Source of the DNA: Candidatus Brocadiaceae bacterium
Lineage (GTDB): Bacteria; Planctomycetota; Brocadiia; SM23-32
Direction of reading: 5' to 3'
Assembly: GCA_963805825.1 (NCBI GenBank)
Contig: CAWDVO010000025.1
Span: 22,023 to 86,022, forward strand
Length of the DNA stretch: 64,000 bases
The notes beneath the pieces were generated by a model. The model was given only the letters and a program-made list of their open reading frames with translations. It made no database searches and was not told the DNA's origin. A program made the translations under genes and the position numbers. How positions within the stretch are numbered: position 1 is the stretch's first letter; each line of letters starts with the position of its first letter. Positions 39,788 through 52,638 of this stretch are shown here, one piece after another.

Positions 39788-40390
39788 CTACGGCGCCCAC
39801 TCGGTTTCCTCCAGGCTTCGCACGACGGCCTGTAGCCACATCTCGCGTGCCAGCGGGTCCTCAGCCTTGTGAAGCCGCGCCAGAAGGGGGAACACTCCGG
39901 CGGGCGTGTCTTCGGGAAGCACCTGGCACAGCGTTCTTTCCAGATCTGCAATGCGCTCGGGGTCTCCCCCGGTCATCGCGAGGCTGACAAGCTGGGCTGC
40001 GCTCAGTTCACGACGACGGGCGCGCTCCAACAGGCCGGCCCATTGGCCGGGCACTTCGGTTTCGGCGTCCAGCTCAAAGCATGTCTTCTTGTCGTCATGC
40101 CAGCCGGGGAGCCACGCCCGGCGCTCTTCCAGACTCAGCAAGAAGCGCAGCACGTCGTCCTCGGACCACCCCATCCGTCGCCCGTCCTTCTTGGGCGTCT
40201 GTATGCCGTGCGCAACACAGTAACTGAGGCCCGCCCGGTCTGCCCAGTAGCCGAAGAAGCCCCGCAGCACCCCGAAGACAGTGCTGGTATCCAGCGGGTA
40301 CTGGAGTTCCGGCCAGCTCTCGACGTTCGCAGTGATGAAGTCTCGAAGCTCCTGCCGCTTCTCACGCCGGAATGCCTCCACTCGGCTCAT
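39788..40390 (-). CDS. Hypothetical protein with a possible MerR/excisionase-like winged helix
   Basis: 200 aa ORF after a GGAGG RBS. Segment LSYCVAHGIQTPKKDGRRMGWSEDDV. Codon usage less GC-biased than the flanks. Confidence 0.55.
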   Translation of the reverse strand: MSRVEAFRREKRQELRDFITANVESWPELQYPLDTSTVFGVLRGFFGYWADRAGLSYCVAHGIQTPKKDGRRMGWSEDDVLRFLLSLEERRAWLPGWHDDKKTCFELDAETEVPGQWAGLLERARRRELSAAQLVSLAMTGGDPERIADLERTLCQVLPEDTPAGVFPLLARLHKAEDPLAREMWLQAVVRSLEETEWAP

Positions 40391-40531
40391 CGCCGCCTCC
40401 TGCGGATTCCTTAGAGACATATAGACTGCCAGGCACAGCACGGGGGCGGTCTGTCAAGAGCAATTCCACCCAGCCAGCACGTATCCCGCCCGAGTCCTAC
40501 GTGAACCATGCACTGTGCCGGTGCGTCCGCA

Positions 40532-41224
40532 CTACGCCGTGTCGAACCACAGCATCCGCTTGCAGAGGCGCGGCTCCGTGAGGTGGGACTTCTCGCAGTA
40601 GCCGGTCGGTTCGTGGCCCCAGGCGCGGACCCGGCCCTCCATCTGCCGGTCGTCGCGTTCTTCGCTATACGGGCCCAGGATCAGCCGGCCGCCGGGGGCG
40701 ACGTATTCGGCCAGCAAGCGCTCGAAGAGCTCCCTCTCCCTGTCCCGCGGCACATACGCCAACTCCGCGCAGCAGACGAAATCGAACCGGCGCGGCGGCG
40801 ACCAGTGGAGGGCGTTGCCGAGGAAGAACCGGTCCTCCCACTGCGGCAGCCGCCTCTTCGCCAGGTCGAGCAGGCCCTCGGAGATGTCGAGGCCGTACAC
40901 CTCGACCTCCAGCCCCGTGCCCTGGAGCCACGGGGCAAGCTTCTCCATCAGGTAACCGTTGGCGCAGCCCACGTCCAGGAGGCGTCCGCTGCGGTGGACG
41001 GCCTCCAGCAGCATGCCGCGCGTGTAGCGGTAGACGGCCTCGCCGCCGCCGTGGCCGGACTGGCCGCGCGGGTCGTCCGCGGCGAGGTAGTGGCCCGTGA
41101 AGAACTGCTTGTGGACCTCGAACCACTCGGCCTCGGTGATGCGGCCTTCGTCGAGCGCCCGCTGCTGCTCCTCGCAGAACTCGTAGGCGCGGTTCTTGGC
41201 GAACTTCAGGGGGTCGACGGCCAT
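40532..41224 (-). CDS. Class I SAM-dependent methyltransferase
   Basis: LLDVGCANG, YGLDISE, FDFV, PGGRLI. Confidence 0.88.
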   Translation of the reverse strand: MAVDPLKFAKNRAYEFCEEQQRALDEGRITEAEWFEVHKQFFTGHYLAADDPRGQSGHGGGEAVYRYTRGMLLEAVHRSGRLLDVGCANGYLMEKLAPWLQGTGLEVEVYGLDISEGLLDLAKRRLPQWEDRFFLGNALHWSPPRRFDFVCCAELAYVPRDRERELFERLLAEYVAPGGRLILGPYSEERDDRQMEGRVRAWGHEPTGYCEKSHLTEPRLCKRMLWFDTA

Positions 41225-41233
41225 TCCTGTCTC

Positions 41234-42151
41234 CTAACCGTCAGGGGTGTCCTCGACGAGCACACCGGGCGCTTCCCTGATGATGCTCTCCAGACCACCG
41301 GCAGCCTGGACGGCATCCCAGGCGTACTCCAGCGTCACGGTACCCGTAAAGCCGCTGCTCAGAAGCAGTTGCACGTAGCCGCGGACGCGGTCGGATTCCC
41401 GCCCCACCACCCGATGGTCCACGCCGTCCGTCACGTCGTGCAGATGGACGTGACGCACGCGCTGCACGAACTCGGCCGGCGGCGGGTCGGGCTGGCCGTA
41501 GCGGGCGACGGCGATGATGTAGTGGCCGGTGTCCCAGGCGAGCGGGGTGTCCGTCCCGGCAACGGCCTGCAGCAACTCGGCGCAGGTGTCGCCGATGCGG
41601 ATGGTCGGCTCGTCGACGCCCGTGGGCAACTGGTGCTCGGCGACGACCTGCACCGCTCCCCCATCGTTCGCCAGACGCCGCTCGATCTCGGCGAAGTAGA
41701 GGCGGGACCGCTCCAGCAGGTCGTCGCGCAGGGAGGCGCGGTCGTTGCCGTCGGGCTCATACCGGGTCTCGGCGGGATGGACGTTGACGATGACGGGTCC
41801 GCCGGCGACGTCGGCCACCCTGGCCGCAACGCCCAGATAGGCCTGCACGGCCTCTGCCGCCTCCGGACTGCGGCCGTAGCCGGCGGGGTTGTACGGCCCG
41901 CGCAGGTAGGGGTGGAAGGCGACGCCAAGACCCGCGTCGGCGCAGCGGCGCGCCTCGGCCAGCAGCAGCTCCCGCTCCGCGCGCCCCGTGCAGGAATCGG
42001 TGGCGAACTCGACGAAACGGTATCCGCAGCCCGCGAGCAGGCTGTAGAGGTCCTCAGCGTCGGCCGGAAGGCCCGAGTCTCCCCGACCTCGCCAGTCGAG
42101 GGGCAGCTTGAAGCCGAGGGCGGCAGGGAATGCGTCGAGCATGGCGGGCAC
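41234..42151 (-). CDS. Sugar phosphate isomerase/epimerase TIM barrel
   Basis: AEH, WDTGH, HVHLHD, DHR, GFTGTVTLEY. Confidence 0.8.
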   Translation of the reverse strand: MPAMLDAFPAALGFKLPLDWRGRGDSGLPADAEDLYSLLAGCGYRFVEFATDSCTGRAERELLLAEARRCADAGLGVAFHPYLRGPYNPAGYGRSPEAAEAVQAYLGVAARVADVAGGPVIVNVHPAETRYEPDGNDRASLRDDLLERSRLYFAEIERRLANDGGAVQVVAEHQLPTGVDEPTIRIGDTCAELLQAVAGTDTPLAWDTGHYIIAVARYGQPDPPPAEFVQRVRHVHLHDVTDGVDHRVVGRESDRVRGYVQLLLSSGFTGTVTLEYAWDAVQAAGGLESIIREAPGVLVEDTPDG

Positions 42152-42229
42152 CTGAAAGGAAACGGGGCGGACCAGAGCGGTCCGCCCCGCGGGTCGAGTC
42201 GATGGCCTCGTCCAATCAGGGATTAGGCG

Positions 42230-43250
42230 TCACGTCGTTGATTCCGAAGCCCGTAAACGTGGCTGGGCTGACGAGCGGGTTGGCCGTACCTCCCCCCGGC
42301 CGGCCCAGGGGCCGTCAGGCGGGTTCCCAAGGGTCGCCAAGGGCGGCAGGAAGCCATCGGTAGAGTAGGTGGCCGCGTCGTCGGTCCAGGTCCCCAAGTG
42401 AGCGTCTATCTTGGTGTCACCTGCGTAGGAAGCAGTGGCTCCCGAGCCGTTCAGCGGGTCGTCGGCGAAGATGTCGCAGATGGCCAGCGGGTCGGCCGGG
42501 AAGGACGAGCCAATCAGGTCACTGTTGCTGAGCTTGGGTTCCTGCACGCTCCCGTCGGCCCTCATCTTGCTGAACTGGGCGCTGCCGTCCGCAAAGAGCA
42601 CGTTGAGGCCCCTGCCGTGGTTGGAGGTACTGCTCGGCGGGGAACTCGCTGGTGCTGCCTCCCGTCTGGGCGGCCCAGTAATGCCTCAGCAGGGACATGT
42701 CCGGCCCGTCTGCCAGGACCGGTCTGCTCGGCCACGGGTTCAGCGGCGTGGACGGGTCGATGACATAGCTCGGGTCGTTGGGGCTTGCACCGTGAAGGTC
42801 ACTGTAGTTGTTCTGGTTGCAGACGAACACCGCTGCGAGCGTGTTGGTGTTGCCCACCCCGGCGTAAAGGGCCGGCCAACCAGTGGGGACTTCGTCATGC
42901 ACACCGTTGCCATTCTGGTCTGCCTTGGCCATCTGGACGTTGTCGGCAGTCGACGGGCACTGGAACAGCTCCGGCGACATCGCACTGGCTGTGTTGGCGT
43001 AGAGAACGGCGAGACTCAGGGAAGAGTCGTAGTAGGTGCCGTTCGCATCCCTGTAGACCCAGCTTGGGAACCTCCGGGTGTCGTTCTGGAACATGACAAT
43101 GAAATTGCCGATGTTCTTCTCATTGTTCAGGCACTTGGTCCTGTAGCCCTGCTCGCGGGCGTGACTCAGAGCCGGCATCAGCATCCCCGCAAGGATGGCT
43201 ATAATCGCGATAACTACCAGCAACTCGATCAGAGTAAACGCCTTTCTCAT
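42230..43250 (-). CDS. Prepilin-type N-terminal cleavage/methylation protein with H-X9-DG C-terminal motif; frameshift near 42620
   Basis: [31 protein letters not shown]....[24 protein letters not shown] lies in the second frame. Confidence 0.88.
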
Positions 43251-43308
43251 GACGCCACCTCCCGGCAAGAGAGCATGATGTATGAATGCTCCGATTTCTC
43301 CATCCCTT

Positions 43309-43336
43309 AGTATAATGGGCGGGGGGCGAGTGTCAA
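43309..43336 (-). promoter_or_regulatory. Near-consensus promoter of the prepilin-type gene
   Basis: TTGACA - 16 bp - TATACT on the minus strand. Confidence 0.6.
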
Positions 43337-43519
43337 GGGGCCGCGCGGCCACGCCGCCCGCAGCGGCCTGCGAGGGCCGTGTGAGGGGGGCGGGAGAACG
43401 CTGAAGGGCTCTGCGGCGGCTGCGGGGCCGCCGGGCGCGCTCACCGGGATGCGCTGCCTTGGCAAAAGTTGGGACTGCAGGCAGACCGCGCGGCGGCCCG
43501 CCGCGACGGCCCCGTAACG

Positions 43520-43548
43520 TTGGACGCCTGCGGAAGCCATGCTATAAT
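43520..43548 (+). promoter_or_regulatory. ftsH promoter
   Basis: TTGGAC - 17 bp - TGn-extended TATAAT. Confidence 0.65.
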
Positions 43549-43645
43549 GGCCCGCACGGGGGTGCGCGCGAGGCGCCCGGCGCCCTGCCGAAGGGGCGGC
43601 CGGGCGGCGATTCATCCATTCCATTCTGATTCGTAGACCGAGCAG

Positions 43646-45655
<2,010 letters not shown>

Positions 45656-45689
45656 CGCGGCCCGGCCGCCCCCTTTGACGAGACGAGCG

Positions 45690-47380
45690 TTGGCAGAGAA
45701 CGCCGCCCCCAAGAGCCCCCCGCCCCGGCCCGACGACAGCCATCTCCACCGCCCGCAAGGTGCGCCTGGCGCTGCTCTGCGCTGTGCTGGTGGCGCTGAT
45801 GGTGACGGCCGGCGTGCTGGCCCTGCACCAGCACGCGCCGGGAGCGCGCCCAGGAGCGCCAGGTGGCCGAGGCCCTCGACCAGATGCGCCAGGCGCTCGG
45901 CGGGCTGGTGACGCCGTCGCAGCCGAGGCGGGGTGGCGGAAGGTCAAGGAGCTCGACCCGGCAGAACGTCGAGGCCGACCGCCTGCTGGTGCCCGCCTAC
46001 CTGGCCGCCGACGACCTGGACGCGGCGATGAAGCAGTTCAACGCGCTGGTCGGCAGCGGCGCCGTGCAGATGCCTCCGCGCCCCCGAAGCCGGCGCGGAC
46101 CCCACGGTCACGGCCGTGCTGGCGCGCCTGCAGCCCGGCCGCGGCACGATGCTCCAGGGGGACATGGGCTACGCCGCGGACGAGCTGCTGCTGGCCACGC
46201 CTGGCGCGCCGCATCACGAGCGGCGCCGCCTCCGACCGCGACCGCGCGCTGCTGCTCTGCCGCTGGTTCGCCCTGCACGTGGAGCCCGCGGACCCCTACG
46301 GCCTGCCGGCCGACCCGCGCACCGTGGTCGAGCGCGGGTTCGGCTCGCCGGAGCAGGCGGCGTGCGCCTACGGCGAGCTGGCGCGGCAGGCGGGCCTGGA
46401 CCTGCGCGGTGGTCGTGCCCGCCTCCGGCTCGGTGCGAGCTCGTGCAGGTCTATCCCGGCGGGTCGCAGCCGTTCCTCGTGGACCCCGGCCGCGGCGTTC
46501 CGCTGATCGACCCGGCGTCGCACGAACTGTTGTCACTCGCATCTCCTGCACTTGGCCGACAGTTACGACGCGCTGCTGGCCCTGGCCGGCGAGAGGCCGG
46601 ACCGCCCTGCGGCCGACCTGCAGGCGGCCACGCTCCGGCGCGCCGTGCCGCCGTCCGCTCTGATGCCGCGCTTCGCCGCCTTCGATCAGCTCTGCGCCCC
46701 CCTGTCCGACTCCGCCGCGCCTGGCCTGGCGGCCGGGCGCCCTGCCGGACGGCAGGGCCGCCCCGCTCTGGGCGCGTGCCCTTCCGGACGGTCGACGTCT
46801 ACGGCGACCCGGACCGCGCCGCTGCCTTCTCGACCGCCCACGCGCTGGCTTCGGGGCATTGGCAAGCTGGGCGACCTGCTGCTGGCGGCCCCGGACGCAA
46901 AGGCGGACGCCGTCCTGGCCGGCGCCAGGGACCAGATCGCGAAGGCCATCGCGAACCCCGGCCCCGACGACGTGCCGGCCGTGCTGCAGGACGAGGCGGA
47001 GGCCCTCGCCTTCTGGCAGGGCAGCAACGCCCACGACGCGGGGAACACGCGAAGGCGGCGGAGCTACTAAAGGCGTATGCGGACACCTACCCGAAGGGCC
47101 GGTGGACGGCCGTCGCGGCCGCGCTGCGGGCGGACAGCCTGGCCGCGGACGGCCAGACGGACGCCGCGAGGGCCGCATGGAGCGGGATGCCGGCCGGCCG
47201 GCGTCTCTACGGCGCCATGCGGGCCGCCGGGCTGCTGCCGCTCGCCAGGCCCGCCGGGCGCAAGAGCGTTCCGTGTGCCACGGCCGGCTTGCCCGGCCGT
47301 TCGGAGGGTCGGCGGCCGGGCGTTTCGGCACGGCGGGACAAGCCCGCCGTGGCACTCGTCAGGGAATCCAGGGACGGCGC
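45690..47380 (+). CDS. Membrane-anchored hypothetical protein, transglutaminase-like core plus TPR-like C-terminus; frameshifted
   Basis: TM helix RLALLCAVLVALMVTAGV, PRTVVERGFGSPEQAA..ELARQAGLD, FLVDP, LKAYADTYPKGRW. Boundaries approximate. Confidence 0.5.
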
Positions 47381-47381
47381 G

Positions 47382-48825
47382 ATGGATGGGCTGGAGAGCA
47401 AGGTGCTGGGCTTCATCCGGCGCCACGGCCTGCTGGACGGCGCGCGGCGGGTGGTCGCTGGCCTTCAGCGGCGGACCGGACTCGGCGGCCCTCGCCCTGC
47501 TGCTGATCGAACTGGCCGACCGGCTGGGCGTGAGCCTGCGCCTTGCGCACCTGAACCACTGCCTGCGCGGTGCCGAATCCGACGCGGACGAGGCGTTCTG
47601 CCGTGCGTTCGCGGCCGAGCGCGGGCTGGAGATCGACGTCGAGCGCGCCGACGTGGCCGCCGCGGCAGCCCGCGATGGCCGCTCGGTGGAGGCCCAGGCG
47701 CGCCGGATGCGCTACGACTTCCTGGGCCGCTGCGCCAAGGCGTGCGGCGCCGAAGCGGTCGCCACCGGCCACCACGCGGACGACGTGGCGGAGAGCGTGC
47801 TGCTGCGCCTGCTGCGCGGGGCCGGCGTGCTGGGTCTCGGCGCGATGGCGCCGCGGCGCCCGCTGGGCCGGCGGCACCCGGACGTGCGGCTCGTTCGGCC
47901 GATGCTGGAGGTGCGCCGCGACGATGTCCTCGACTACCTGAAGACAGCGCGGGCAGGCCTGCCGCACCGACAGCTCGAACGCGGACACCACCTACGCCCG
48001 CAACCGCGTGCGCCACGAGCTGATCCCCCTGCTGCGGCGCGAGTTCCCGACGTTCTCGGTCGATTCCCTCTGCGCGCTCAACGCCTCCGCGCTGGAGGTG
48101 GAGGCCCTCGTCGACGGGCCTGGTCGACGCGGCCTGGGCCGGCCTCTGCCGGGAGCGCACGGCGCGCCGGGTCGTGCTGGACGCAGCGGCGTTCGGCGCC
48201 CTGGCGCCGGCGGTGCGGAAGGCGGCGGCCCGGCGGGCAGTGGCTGCGCTGAACGCGCGGGCCGCGGCGGCGCTGCGGGCCGGGCACTACGCCGGGCTGG
48301 CGGCGCTTGCGGAGGCGCCGGTCGGCGCGGCGGTCGCCCTGCCGGCCGGCTGCAGCGCGCGGCGGGAGCACGGGACGGTCTGCCTGTCGCTGGGCGCCGG
48401 CGGCGAAGCCATCACACCGCGCGAGCTGACCGTGCCGGGGCGCAGTGGAGCTGCCGGAGGGCGATATAGCGATCACGTGCGAACTGCTACGCGCGGGGCC
48501 TCAGCAGGCCGCGCGGATGGCGTCCGACCGGGAAGTGTTCGTGGGCGCCGTCCGGCTGGAGGGGCCGCTGACGGTGCGCTCGCGGCGGCCGGGGGACCGC
48601 TTCCACCCGCTCGGCGCGCCGGGTGAGGCGAAGCTGAAGGACTTCCTCATCAACGTGAAGGTGCCGCGGCACGAGCGGGACCGCATCCCGCTGGTGACGA
48701 CGGCCCGGGGAGAGGTGGTCTGGGTGGTGGGCCGGCGCATCGCGGAGCCGTTCCGGCTGACGACCGAGGGCGAGGCGGCCGTCCACCTGAAAGCGGAGAG
48801 GCTGGAGGAGGACGTGGAGGCCTGA
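47382..48825 (+). CDS. tilS: tRNA(Ile)-lysidine synthetase; several frameshifts
   Basis: SGGPDS PP-loop, HLNHCLRG.ESD.DE, AR..RY, ATGHHADD.AE, RNRVRHELIP, C-terminal RSRRPGDRF..KLKDFLI..KVPR. Confidence 0.93.
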
Positions 48826-48945
48826 CGGAACGGCAGAGGCCGCAGGCGAGGGCGCCTGCGCCACACGGGCTTACAGCGCGTGGCACGAAGGTTGCTTTAG
48901 GCGCGCCGGCTGGGGTAGGATGGACCCCTGCCCGCGGAGACCCGT

Positions 48946-51671
48946 ATGCGCATCTGGACGTCCATAAGGCTCATCATCCTGGGGGTGGTCCTGCTGGCCG
49001 CGGGGCTGGCCCTCAGCGCCCTGACGCACTTCCTCTCGCCGGAGAACCTGCGCGGAACTGGTGCTGACGGGCTTCGGCCGTTCCGTCAACGCCACGCTGC
49101 AGGTACAGCGCGTCGACCTGGACCTGCCCGGCACGGTGCGCGTGGCCGGCGTCAAGCTGACGCCCCCCTCGGGCGGCGAGCCCGTCTTCGACTGCCCCCA
49201 CGTCCAGGTGGACCTGCGCACCTGCAGCCCTTCTGAGGGGCAAGGTGGTGCCCCGCAGCGTCGAGCTGCTCTCGCCCGTCATCCGGCTGACCTACTCCGC
49301 CGACGAGAACCGCTGGAACGTCGAATCGATCACCGGCCGCGGGAAGGGTGGCGGCGCCCCGTCCGGTGCCCTGCAGCAGGGCATCGCCATCGAGAACGCG
49401 ACGCTCGTCGTCACCGACGAGAAGCTCTTCGGCAGCGCCGGTCCGCGCAACTACAGCGGCATCTACGTCCGCCTGACGCCGGACAACACGGGCGTCTGGC
49501 ACTTCGAGGGCAGCAGCCTGAGCGGGCCGCTGGCGGGCGCCCGCTTCTCCGGCTGGTATGCTCCGGGCAAGCCGCCGCAGATCAACCTGACCTTCAACAT
49601 GGCCGTGCTGAACGTCGACAAGGACCTCTGGGGCATGCTGCCCGCCGGGTCCCAGGTCTGGAAGGACTTCCAGCCGACGGGCACGATGGCCGTCTCCGGC
49701 GAGCTGAGCCTGGACAAGGACGGCCGGCTGCTGCACACCATCGACGTGCAGTTGCGCAACGCGACGGCGCTGCCGAAGTACTACCCCTTCCCCGGCCACT
49801 CCGTCAGCGGCACCGTCGAGGTCAACAATGAGGGCCTGGTGCTGAAGGACATCACCGGCATCGCCCGCGCCGGCGACCTGGGCGCCGCCGGGGACGGCCT
49901 CGTGAACTTCCGCGTGAGCGGCACGGAGCGGTTTGCCGACGGCGACCACCTCTACTCCATCCAGGCGTCGGACGTGCCCCTGACGCAGCAGGTCATCGAG
50001 GCCATCCCCGAGGCGGGCCGCGAGGTCTGGCAGCGCCTGAAGCCCAGCACCGGCACCTGCCAGTTCTCCCTGACCATCAGCCGGCCCGCGGTGCGGGGAG
50101 CCCGACCGCTTCCGCGCGCAGGTGGACGTGCGCTCGGCCACGCTGCACCCCCGGGAGATACCCCTGCCGCTGCAGCCAGGTGAACGGCACGGTGATCGTC
50201 GACAACGACGCCGTGCAGCTCCAGAACCTGAGCGGTGTCGTGCAGCAGGACCTGCCGGACGGCGCCTCCACGGCCCGGTTCCGCGTGCAGGGCCTGGACG
50301 ACCTGCACAACAAGGACACCTCCCTGGACGTGACCCTCGACAACGTCCACACCACCGAGGACCTCGTGAAGGCCATCCCCGAGCAGGGGGACAACGATCT
50401 GGCGCACCGTGAAACCGAAGGTGGCGCTGGACGCCCGCCTGCTGGTGGGCAATGACGCGGAGGGCCGCCTGAGCGTGCAGAGCGCCCTGCTGAACGTGCA
50501 CGGCGGCACGGGCCAACTGGAGTTCTGGCCGCTGCCCGTCTACGGCCTCAACGGCACGCTGAAGCTGTCCGGCGCCGACCTGCTGATCGAGCGCATCGAC
50601 GGCAACCTGCACCTGGGCAACGCCTGGGACCAGAACCTGCCCGCCAGCAGCCAGTTGACGGCCCACGGCGTCGTGGACCTGAAGGCCGGCTCCGGCAACG
50701 TGCACGTCAACGGGCCGCGACGTGGTGCTTCTGCGAGGAGCTGCTGCGCTCCATCCCCGCCGTAGGCGCCAGGATATGGGACGAGGTGCGCCCCGCCGGC
50801 GTGGGCAGCGTGGACGGCCAGATTGTCTACGACCACGGCGAGGAGCAGCCGTTCCACTGCTTCCTGGACGTCGGGCTCCAGGACGTGTCCATGACGCCGA
50901 AAGAGCTGAAGACGCCGCTGACTGCCGTGGCCGGCCACATCCTGGTGACGGAGAAGCAGGCGTTCAGCAACGAGTTCTCCGGCCTGGTCTGCGGCGGGCG
51001 CTTCACGGGCCGGGCGGTGGTCTCCTATGGCCCGGACGAGAAGTTCCCGCGCTACGGCGCCAGCGCCAGCGTGGAGAAGGCGGACGTGGCCCAACTGGCC
51101 AAGTGCCTGACAGGCCAGGACCAGGGCATCCTCGGGCAACTGTCCGGCTGGGTGGAGATGGGCGGCTTCTACGGCCAGGACTCGGGCATGGCCATCAACG
51201 GCTACGTCTCCCTGACGGACGGCCACCTGATGAACATGCCCTTCTTCGCCCAACTGCTGAGCGTGCTGCGCCTGAACCTGCCCGGCCAGGAGAAGGCCGA
51301 CCAGCAGGGCGACCTGACCTTCAGCCGCGCCGGCGACCGCGTCAACATCGAGGACTTCGAGTTCACCGGCGGCGGCCTGAACCTGAGCGGCCTAGGCAGC
51401 ATCGGCCTGGACGGAAGCTTGAACCTGACCCTCATCGCCGTCGGCGCGCCCAAGGGCGGCATACCCATCCTGAGCACCCTCGTGGACTGGCTGCTGAGCA
51501 ACATCGAGCGCCAGCTCGTCCGCGTGGACGTGAGCGGCACCCTGAGCAAGCCCGTGGTACAGCTCCACTGTGCTCAGCACCATCACCTGGCCGCTCAGGA
51601 GCCTGCGCTCGCTCCTGTTCACCCCCATCCTCGGGGGCGGCTCCTCATCATCCTATGGCAACGGCAAGTGA
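48946..51671 (+). CDS. AsmA-like (AsmA/TamB/YhdP superfamily) beta-rich envelope protein; several frameshifts
   Basis: N-terminal TM anchor, long amphipathic beta repeats, C-terminal LSGLGSIGLDGSLNL..VDVSGTLSKP. Confidence 0.72.
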
Positions 51672-51690
51672 CGCGCTGGAGGACCCGCAC

Positions 51691-52625
51691 GTGGCGAAGG
51701 CACGCATAGTCGTGGTGGGCAGCACGAACACGGACCTGACCGTGCTGGCCGAGCGCCTGCCCGCGCCGGGTGAGACCGTCCTGGGCGGCGAGCTGATGCA
51801 GGCCGGCGGCGGCAAGGGCGCCAACCAGGCCGTGGCCGCCGCGCGGGCCGGGGCGCACGTCGCCTTCGTCGGCCGGGTCGGCGCGGACGACTTCGGCCGG
51901 GCCACCATCGAGGACCTGCGCCGCGAGGGCATCGACACGACGCACACCGGCGTGGATGAACACGCCGCCAGCGGCGTGGCACTTATCATGGTGGACCGCG
52001 GCGGCGAGAACCTGATAGCGGTCGCCTCCGGGGCGAACGCCCGGCTGACGCCCGGAGCACGTGGGCGCCGCCGCCGACACGATTGCGTCCGCCGGACCTG
52101 GTGCTGCTGCAATTGGAGATACCGTTGCCGGCCGCGCGCGAGGCCGTCCGGCTGGCGCGGGACGCCGGCGTGCCCGTGCTGCTGAACCCGGCCCCCGCAC
52201 CGCCCGTCGGCGCGCTGGACGACCTGCTGGGCGGCCTGAGCTACCTGACGCCGAACGAGGGCGAGGCCGCCCGTCTGCTGGGCGGCGGGGAGGCCGTCGG
52301 CCCGGAGGACGCCGCCCGGCGGCTCGTTCAGGCCGGCGTGGGCGCCGTGGTGCTGACGCTCGGCGCGCAGGGCGCCTGCCTCTGCGAGGGCGGCGAGTGC
52401 CGCCGCATTGCCCCGCCGCCCGTGAAGGCGCTCGACACGGTAGGCGCCGGCGACTGCTTCAGCGGCGTGATGGCCGTGGGCCTGAGCGAGGGCATGCCTC
52501 TGGCGGATGCGGCGCTGCTGGCCACCTGCGCGGCCGCGCTCTCGGTGCAGAAGGCCGGCGCGCAGCCCTCGATGCCGAACCGCGCCGAGATCGACCGCCT
52601 CTACAAGCGACAGAAACCGGAGTGA
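51691..52625 (+). CDS. rbsK: Ribokinase; frameshift near 52060-52090
   Basis: VVGSTNTD, GGKGANQAVA, GENLI.V..GAN, LQLEIP, NPAPA, PNEGE, DTVGAGDCF. Confidence 0.92.
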
Positions 52626-52638
52626 CCGGATACCCCCC

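Noticed and set aside
39485-39872. Small ORFs overlapping the tRNA and its downstream region
   Set aside because: They overlap a clear tRNA-Ser or its 3' flank and show no coding signal.
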